Positions 55,473-64,000 of a stretch of DNA of 64,000 nt are shown here, in pieces (positions within the stretch are counted from its first letter, which is position 1; every line of letters begins with the position of its first letter). A program made the translations under genes and the position numbers. The DNA is from the human T2T-CHM13v2.0 reference genome, Homo sapiens: assembly GCF_009914755.1 (NCBI RefSeq), contig NC_060926.1, one strand, 5' to 3'. Under the pieces are notes generated by a model that saw only the letters and a program-made list of their open reading frames with translations, searched no databases and had not been told where the DNA came from.

Positions 55473-55808
55473 CTTTTTGTTTTGAAACAGTGGATTGCTC
55501 ACCAAAATCAGTGGAAATGGGTAATGAATGAGGTCATAAAAGTAGCTTTCTTCAGGAATCTTTAGGATCTGATGAAGCTGGATATGTGCATTGCCCAAAG
55601 ATGGCTTAAGAAGTCTATGAATGTGGGAATTGACTTGGACTTGATGATCACCTTTACTTAGCACACAAAACTATAAACACTTCGGACAGGGATGAAACGT
55701 CTGAAAGTGTGAGGAAATTTACTTCAACATTGAAAAATCAGTCTTACCTCAAAAATGATTCAGTGGCCCATTCTGTTTTATTATATTTTCTAATTAAAAA
55801 GAAATCTA

Positions 55809-56087
55809 GGCTGGGTGTGGTGGTTCACGCCTGTAATCCCAGCACTGTGGGAGGCTGAGGCGGGTGGATCATGAGGTCAGGAGATCCGAGACCACGGTGA
55901 AACCCTGTCTCTACTAAAAATACAAAAAAAATCAGCCGGGCGTGGTGGCGGACACCTGTAGTCTCAGCTACTCCTACTCGGGAGGCTGAGGCCAGAGAAT
56001 GGTGTGAACCCGGGAAGCGGAGCTTGCAGAGTGAGCCGAGATCGCACCACTGCACTCCAGCCTGGGTGACAGAGCAAGACTCCGTCT

Positions 56088-56118
<31 letters not shown>
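55809..56118 (+). mobile_element. AluY carrying the 12-bp left-arm deletion of the AluYd lineage
   Basis: GAGACCACGGTGAAACC lacks TCCTGGCTAACA; right arm GAGAATGGTGTGAACCCGGG...GGAGCTTGCAG; about 30-nt pure A tail. Confidence 0.9.
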
Positions 56119-56119
<1 letters not shown>

Positions 56120-58489
56120 ACCTAAATAGGCAGACAACGGGCCATGTATCAGTGAATTTCAAACATTAGGATTTCCTTAAAATGCTTTATAATTAGCTTT
56201 GGAAAAACTATCTGAAGAGATGTAAGCATGAAGAAGTTGAGGCCATGTGCTATCCCATCTCATGGATCTGGGCTTCAAATGTCAACTCTACTACTTACTA
56301 GTTTTAGTTCAGTCTATGGTATTTTGGTTTAAAATTGCATTATAAATGCACCCACATACATAGGAACATACCCACACACAAAACTACAAGGAGAACAAAG
56401 ATTCGTATGTAATCATTTCTTTCCTTAGTTATAACATCCACTAAGGTTAATATTTTTTTTACATTTTGTTTTTCTAACATTTTCTTCCTGTTCCTTAGAA
56501 TTATAGCATATTCTATGTGGACTGGAAAAATAGTCAATGGTTTTCTTTTGGTGTTTGCGTTCTTAATTCCTGAGGTGAATTACATGCTAAAAATGACTTG
56601 TATGTCTGTTTGGTGGGCTGCCACCAACATAGAAAGTCTGACATATTTTCCGTGGAAGAAATACTTATTAGTTTGTAACCTAATATTTATTTGCACCGTA
56701 TTTTAGTGAGGAAATGAAGGCAGAGTAGAAATGAATTTGTTCAAATTTAAGCATTCACTAGTACTTTCATTTCTGTACTTGAACGTACAGGGTTAGCTGG
56801 GAAAAATCTGTACATTGGTTTTCAAGCCATAATCTTACGTTCAGATTTTGTATGCTGGTCCGTTGTGTAAATATGAATTTTTAAGCAATTTAGCATTTCA
56901 TCAAAGTAACACGGCACTTGATTTTCATTCATCCATATGAAAACAATTAGGAAAAAATGCCACTTATCTTAAATAGTATTTGTCAGATTTTCTTCATCAA
57001 ACTTGGTAAATACAGATCTCTTGACATTTTGATGAATTTTCATCACTCTGTGGTAAACCTAAGTGACTAGGCTGTGGCCCGTGAACAGCTTTTGTTTCTA
57101 TGCGACATTAAAATGTATTTTTTAAAAAACATGATTATAATGAATATTCAAAATTAGATTCATTCTCTAGCATGTGCACAATAGGTCACAAGTCATGGCT
57201 GGAGAAGAACACTTACTAGTCAATCTCAAGGTTTTATTATTTCTTATGAATCACAATTTTTTTCAGAGATATAACTATCAAAGAGGAAAGCCAGCTAAAC
57301 ATACACCATTTTGAGTTTGCCTAGACAACTCTGAAAATTCATTTCATATGTAGTTAACTTAAAAGTTACTGTATTTCCCTAGCTGTGTATTGTCTTGACT
57401 CAAAATTTCTTGGACCGTATGTTCAAGACAGCTTGAAACAGACATTATAAATGAAGAATAATCAGTTACCATAGTTCAGAGCATTTCTTCAAATACTCTT
57501 CAATTTCTGGTTCCAGCAAAATTTTATTTACTTAAATATAAATCCTCTTTTTTAATACTCTAGAGCCTCCTCCTCAACAAAACACCTCATTTTAGTACAA
57601 TTGTTTTTATATCCTGTCACAGGATGATGATGATAAATGGAAAATGATTAAGTATATTGTTTGTCAGATTTCTTCTTTCACAATTCAATAAATATTCCCA
57701 GAGTCCTCCCTAGTCACCTTCCTTGCAATGATTATCAAACGGAAAATATTTGAAATTCAAGGAGGAAACCTCGTTTTTATTTTGGTTGTTCTCCTTTTCC
57801 AAAAAAATACAAAACATGAATTAAAACTTTTGGGAGCTTACAAACCAAGTTAATTACTTAGAGACATTAAGTCCTTTATTTGGGGACCTTGAGCTGTTGT
57901 ATACTTCAGAAAAAATCACTCTAAGCCTCTCTTTCCATGGAATGTACATTTGTAATGAACAGTGCTTCTATGTTGGTTATACTTTCATTATTTAAATACT
58001 TGATTTCCATCTATAATGCACTTATTCAATGAAAGTTTATTACATCTACTATTTATTATATGCCAGAAATAATCACCAGGAAGAATGATGACAAGTAAAA
58101 AAGGAAACAAAAGTAAATCCTTTCCCTAAATATTGCCCACACTGATCTTCATGGTCCCCGAAAATTCCACACTATTTTGCACTTTGTGGTGGTAAATTAT
58201 AGGGTCTCAGTTGAAAGGCTAATTTTATTATTTGCTGTATTTGTCTATTTCTAAACTTCCTTGTTTCAGATTGATCCTAAAATTGCTTACATGTTTATTA
58301 TATCAAATACAATAAGGCAATAGATTAGAGATACTTAACCAAACAGAAAAACGTCACTGGGGAACTTATGCTATGAGTGACCTACATTTTTATGGTACTT
58401 TATTATTTTCAAAGCCCTTTTCTCATTTAATATGTTGTTATATATTCTTTCCAGTAATCCTGTGAGTAAACAACAACATTTGATTTACT

Positions 58490-58650
58490 ATTATCTGAGC
58501 AACACTTATGAAGTAGTTGCTTTTACTCCTTTTGTTCTAAGTGACAAAATGGAAGTTCAGAGAGTTCAAATAACTTACCAAAAGTCACACTGCTACTTAC
58601 TGACAGAGCTGGAATTCAAACTCATGTCTGCCTGGCTCTACACAGCACTA
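58490..58650 (-). mobile_element. MIR
   Basis: TTCAGAGAGTTCAAATAACTTACCAAAAGTCACACTGCTA...CAGAGCTGGAATTCAAACTC. Confidence 0.7.
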
Positions 58651-58908
58651 TTGAGAAAGAATGATAAACGGCTTTATCAGCTAAAGTCCTTGTTCATTCA
58701 CTGAGTCTTTTGTATCTTTTAGGAACCAGCCTAAATCTCTTCTTTAATAGTGACTTCTCCAACAATTAACTCATTTCAAGTGACCAATTTTCTGAGTTAC
58801 TGTACATGCCACTCATTTTGACATTTAATTACACACTATTTTCCAATATTATTTCTGAGTGTATGCATTCCTGACTTTTCTACCCTGTGATATTTAAATG
58901 AAAGCAAC

Positions 58909-60935
58909 ACTCCTTCATGCTACAAAGTCTCAATAAACTAGGTATTGATGGGTCTTATCTCAAAATAAGAGCTATTTATGACAAGCCCACAGCCAATATC
59001 ATACTGAATGGGCAAAAGCTGGAAGCATTCCCTTTGAAAACTGGCACAAGACAAGGATGCCCTCTCTCCACCACTCCTATTCAACATAGTGCTGGAAGTT
59101 CTGGGCCAGGGTAATCAGGCAAGAGAAAGAAAGAAAGGAAATTCAAATAGGAAGAAAGGAAGTCAGATTGTCTCTGTTTGCAGATGACATGATTGTATAT
59201 TTAGAAAACCCCATCATCTCAACCAAAAATCTCCTTAAGCTGATAAGCAACTTGAGCAAAGTCTCAGGATACAAAGTCAGTGTGCAAAGATCACAAGCAT
59301 TCTCATACACCAATAATAGAGAGCTAAATCATGAGTGAACTCCCATTCACAATTGCTACAAAGATAATAAAATACCTAGTAGGAATACCACTTACAATGG
59401 ATATGAAGGAGCTCTTCAAGGAGAACTATAAACCACTGTGAGGACACAAACAAATGGAAAAACATTCCATGCTCATGGATAGGAAGAATCAATATCGTGA
59501 AAATTGCTGTACGGCCCAAAGTAATTTATGGATTCAATGCTATTCCTATCAAGCTACCATTGACTTTCATCACAGAATTAGAAAAAACTACTTTAAATTT
59601 CATATGGAACCAAAAAAGAGCCTGTATAGCCAAGACAATCCTAAGTAAAAAGAATAAAGCCGGAGGCATCACACTACCTGACTTCAAACTATACTACAAG
59701 GCTACAGTTAACAAAACAGCTTGGTACTGGTACCAAAACAGATACATAGACCAATGGAACATAACAGAGGACCCCTTCCCTACACCTTATACAAAAATTA
59801 CTCAAGATGGATTAAAGACTTAACATAAGACCTAAAACCATAAAAACCCTAGAAGAAAACCTAGGCAATACCATGCAGGACATAGGCATGGGCAAAGACT
59901 TCATGACTAAAACACCAAAAGCAATGGCAACAAAAGCCAAAATTCACAAATGTGATCTAATTAAAGAGCTTCTGCATGGCAAAAGAAACTATCGTCAGAG
60001 TGAAGAGGCAAACTACAGAATGGGAGACAAGTTTTGCAATCTATCCATCTGACAAAGGGCTAATACCCAGAATCTACAAAGAACTTAAACAAATTTACAA
60101 GACAAAAAAAAAAATCCAAAAAGTGAGCAAAGGATGTGAACAGACACTTCTCAAAAGAAGACATTTATGTGGCCAAAAAACATATGAAAAACTCATAATC
60201 ACTGGTCATTAGAGAAATGCAAATCAAAACCACAATGAGATACCATCTCACACCAGTTAGAATAGCAGTCATTAAGTCAGGAAACAACAGATGCTGGAGA
60301 GGATGTGGAGAAAAAGGAACACTTTTACACTATTGGTGGGAGTGTAAACTAGTTCAACCATTGTGGAAGACAGTGTGAAGATTCCTCAAGGATCTAGAAC
60401 CAGAAATACCATTTGACCTAGCAATCCCATTACTGAGTATATACCCAATTAATTATAAATCATTCTATAAAGACACATGCACATGTATGTTTATCGCAGC
60501 ACTGTTCATGATAGCAAAGACTTGGAACCAACCCAAATGTCCATTAATGATAGACTGGATAAAGAAAATGTGGCACATATACACCATGGAATACTATGCC
60601 ACCATAAAAAAGGAGTTCATGTCCTCTGCAGGGACATGGATGAAGCTGGAAACCATCATTCTCAGCAAACTAACACAGGAAGAGAAAAACCAAACACTGC
60701 ATGTTCTCATAAGTGGGACTTGAACAATGAGAACACATGGACACAGGGAGGGGAACATCACACACCAGAGCCTGTCAGGGGGTAGGGGAGTAGGGGAGGG
60801 ATAGCATTAGGAGAAATACCTAATGTATGTGACGAGTTGATGGGTGCAGCAAACCACCATGGCACATGTGTAGCTATATAACAAACCTGCACATTCTGCA
60901 CGTGTATCCCAGAACTTAAAGTATAATAAAAAAAT
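58909..60935 (+). mobile_element. L1PA7-like, 5'-truncated (ORF2 RT region to 3'UTR), frameshifted
   Basis: ORF2 remnants ([33 protein letters not shown]; [14 protein letters not shown]); 3'UTR ends CCCAGAACTTAAAGTATAATAAAAAA. Confidence 0.96.
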
Positions 60936-61199
60936 AGGATGAATAAAAACTACTACTTCATAGCACAACCAGCTGACTATAGTCAACAATAATTTATTGT
61001 ACATTTTAAAATCACTAAAATAGTATAATTGGAATATTTGTAACACAAAGAAATGATAAATGCTTGAGGTAAAGGATACTGTGTTTACCCTGATGTGATT
61101 GTTATGCATTACATGCCTGTATCAAAATATCTCATGTATCCCATAAATATACACACCTACTGTGGTACCCACAAAAATTAAGTTTTTTAAAAAGTGACA
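60936..61199 (+). mobile_element. L1MA-type 3' end directly following the L1PA7-like tail
   Basis: TGACTATAGTCAACAATAATTTATTGTACATTTTAAAAT...ATAAATGCTTGAGG...ACCCTGATGTGATT...CCTGTATCAAAATATCTCATGTA...GTACCCACAAAAATTA. Confidence 0.88.
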
Positions 61200-61311
61200 A
61201 AATGAAAGCAACTTGTACATTTATATTCTCTAAGGTTCTCCTTGATTTCTCAATGATACAACCTTGCCCTCACAAGTGTTAAAGCAGTAACTTTACTATG
61301 CTCAAGTAAGG

Positions 61312-61880
61312 TGTGGCAGGTGAATTCTAACAGTGCCTCCATGATCTCTGTTCCCTGGTCTTATGTCTGTGACTAGGTTACATTATACGGCAAAGATGAT
61401 GGATTTGGTTACATTTTATGGCAATGGTGAATGAATTTTGAAAATGCAGTTAAGGTCCCAAAGCAGCTGAATTTACTCAAAAAGGAGATGATCCTGAGTG
61501 GGCCTCATTTCATCATGTAAGTTCTTTGAAAGCGAGTCTAGATGTGAGAGACAATCTTCTACTGGCCTCAAATCAGAAAACAGCCACATTATGTTCTGAG
61601 TATGGAGAGGGGTGGCCTCTGGGAGGTGAGGGCCTCAGCCTCAAAACCACAGGAGGTGAATTCTGCCAAGAAGCATATGAGCTTGAAAGAGGACCCCAAA
61701 GCCTCAGAAGATACAGTAACCCCATCTGACACCTTGGTTACAACCTGTGAGATCTCAAAGAGAGGACCCAGCTCATCTGTGCACAGACTTCTAACCCATG
61801 GAAACTGTGAAATAAGAAATACTGTGTTTTGAGCTGTTAAATTGGTGGCAATTTGTTACACAGCCACAGACAACTAGTAC
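61312..61880 (+). mobile_element. MLT1E/F-like MaLR LTR
   Basis: TGTGGCAGGTGAATTCTAA...GACTTCTAACCCATGGAAACTGTGAAATAA...GTGGCAATTTGTTACACAGC. Confidence 0.85.
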
Positions 61881-62108
61881 GTAAAGTTATATCCAATGCA
61901 CTATAAAACTTGTCAATTTATGTAGAAATTATATACACATACACATGTAATTTATACATATTTGCACATACACACCCCCCTCCGTAGTTCAGCAGTAGCA
62001 TCACTAACTTAGAGTTTTAATTGCAAAACTTTCATTGAAGCTGTGGAGCCACTCTACAAAAGTTATGAGAGAACATATTTTTAAGAAAATTGCCCCCCTG
62101 CCCTCCAA

Positions 62109-62346
62109 CCCCCATCACTACAAAAAAAAAAAAAAAATTAGCCAAGCATGGTGGCACACAGCTGTAGTCCCAGCTACTCAGGAGCCTGAAGCAGGAGAAT
62201 CGCTTGAGCCCAGGAGGCAGAGGTTGCAGTGAGCCTAGATTGCACCACTACACTCCAGCAGCCTGGGTGACAGAGCAAGGCTCTGTCTCAAAAAAAAAAA
62301 AAAAAAAAAAAAAAACAAAAAAAAAAAAAACAAAAACAAAAAACTA
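62109..62346 (+). mobile_element. AluS right arm (5'-truncated) with long A/(CAAAAA) tail
   Basis: Linker A-run, TTAGCC...CAGGAGAATCGCTTGAGCCC...CTGTCTC plus tail. Confidence 0.93.
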
Positions 62347-63449
62347 AACTAATGATTAATAATTTCAGGGGGAAAATTGGCATTAACTTCAATGTTTAGT
62401 GTTTATTTGTCAAAAGCAAGACAGAAGAGTTTAAGTGAAAATTGGCCTAAGGGATCTGTAAAATATAAATAATATGGTGTAATGTTAATATTTCAACATT
62501 CTGCCTAAAAAATTTTGTAGATATAACTTTTAACTATCCTAACATTTTCCCATCAAATTTTAATATACAAAACAAACTTGCATAATAGAAACAAATTTCT
62601 CAAGTGGCACTGTATAAGACAAATACATAAAATACCCATAGTAATTTGTGTTAAGTTTATAAGATTTCATAAGTAGCCATGTATGATTCCTAAGTCCCTG
62701 TCACTTTACAGATGAATAAAATCTATATTTTTCAGTCTCTTGAGAACATTGTATAAAGGCAAAGAAACCTAGTGAATCAGGCCTTCAGAGTTTTGAAGTA
62801 GCACATACACAATATTGCTACATGGTTTATGCAATTTCAACATATTACCCAAATGGAATTATGATTTCTAATTCAGTTTGTCCTTAAGGTTTCATTTCTC
62901 CATCAGTGATATATTGGAAAACTCCTCTAGGCAATAAATATACACAGGATGAGTTGTAATTTTCCATTTCTAAAGTAATATGTTTGGTAACTGTCAATGT
63001 CCCCAGATCAATGTGGATGTCCATAGGGAAAGTACTTATTTGCACATTAAACATAAATAACCTACATTATATGCATGCTCTTTAGATTTCCTTATGAAGG
63101 ATGTTGAAGTAAATATTACTGAACCATTGTCGCTTTCTCTCTAAAGATCATTTCTTTGGTTTGAGTTGTAAGCTGATGGTCCTCGTTGGGCCCTTCATTT
63201 AATATGGACCTTTGAGTTGATCATAAATCATTTATTTCAGCTTCAAAAGGACAGAAGTCATACCTGCAGCAAGAGGTGGCTAGGAAGATCAGATGTGAAT
63301 GAAGGAGTTTCCCAACTATGAGCCCACACATAAACCAGAGTTGTCTTTTACTTTATTATAATACATAACAAACATATATTTTTCCCCCTGGGAACTACAT
63401 TTTAGCAATATATTTTTCATTATTTTCTATTCTTCTGGACATTATACAC

Positions 63450-63778
63450 TGATTGCCTTTAAGATCCCTTTTGTGAAGCTTTCCTTGCTCCGATCGCTCT
63501 TCTTCCCATCCCAACTTTTTATAAAAAAAAGCATGCCATCTTTAGGTCAATAGTGTACCATAGACCTATATAACTTTATGCTGGTACTTAACTATACATA
63601 TTTGTTTATTTCTGTCTCCTTTACTAGACTGTCCACTTTTCAGAGCAGGAACAGTGTCTGGTACATGATTTGTTTTGTTAAAATCCAGCAGAGCACATAA
63701 TGAGTAACTATCATTCAATAAAGTGATTTTGATGTTATCCTTTGAAAAGAAATCTATGAATGCATGAGTGAATAATGA
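63450..63778 (+). mobile_element. L2 3' end
   Basis: TTTGTTTATTTCTGTCTCCTTTACTAGACTGT...GAGCAGGAACAGTGTCTG...TCAATAAA...ATGAATG. Confidence 0.7.
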
Positions 63779-64000
63779 AAATTTTAGCAGTCAGATTTTA
63801 GCAGCAAGGATTATATAGACACGTCTGCTTTCATATATCTCTTTCCAAAAGAAATATTGTTATGAAAACAACAAAGTGCTCTTAAGAGGTACATGAGAAA
63901 AAAATTGAAACATGTAGCTACTTTAGAAAGGCTAAGATTTTCTTCTGAGGTAAAGAGAAATGGCTGGATATTTTAGCAGTAGAGGTAGGGTTAATATCAT

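Noticed and set aside
58917-60785. Reverse-transcriptase-like ORFs as an active retroelement or novel RT system
   Set aside because: Ordinary L1 ORF2 fragments, 5'-truncated, frameshifted and internally deleted

Overview
AT-rich, CpG-depleted primate (human-like) non-coding DNA, intergenic or deep intronic. No credible protein-coding exon, RNA gene or CpG island was found. The long ORFs are L1 ORF2 remnants, Alu read-throughs or low-complexity sequence. The window is a patchwork of interspersed repeats: about 12 Alu-family copies (AluY, AluYd-type, AluS, AluJ, FRAM), five primate L1 3' fragments plus an L1MA end, THE1 and MLT1 LTRs, Tigger and hAT DNA-transposon remnants, MIR and L2. Subfamily names are recalled from consensus sequences and need RepeatMasker/Dfam confirmation. 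The best structural observations are: (i) three L1 insertions whose target-site duplications (TSDs) enclose extra 3' sequence, consistent with 3' transduction; (ii) a nested L1-in-L1; (iii) two L1PA7-like copies about 23 kb apart sharing several non-consensus variants; (iv) a repeat-poor block at about 42.1-47.6 kb with homeodomain/E-box and SOX+FOX:ETS motif clusters; (v) a 21-bp-arm hairpin; (vi) a CTCF-like motif. I did not find evidence for a wholly new biological system and could not identify the locus.
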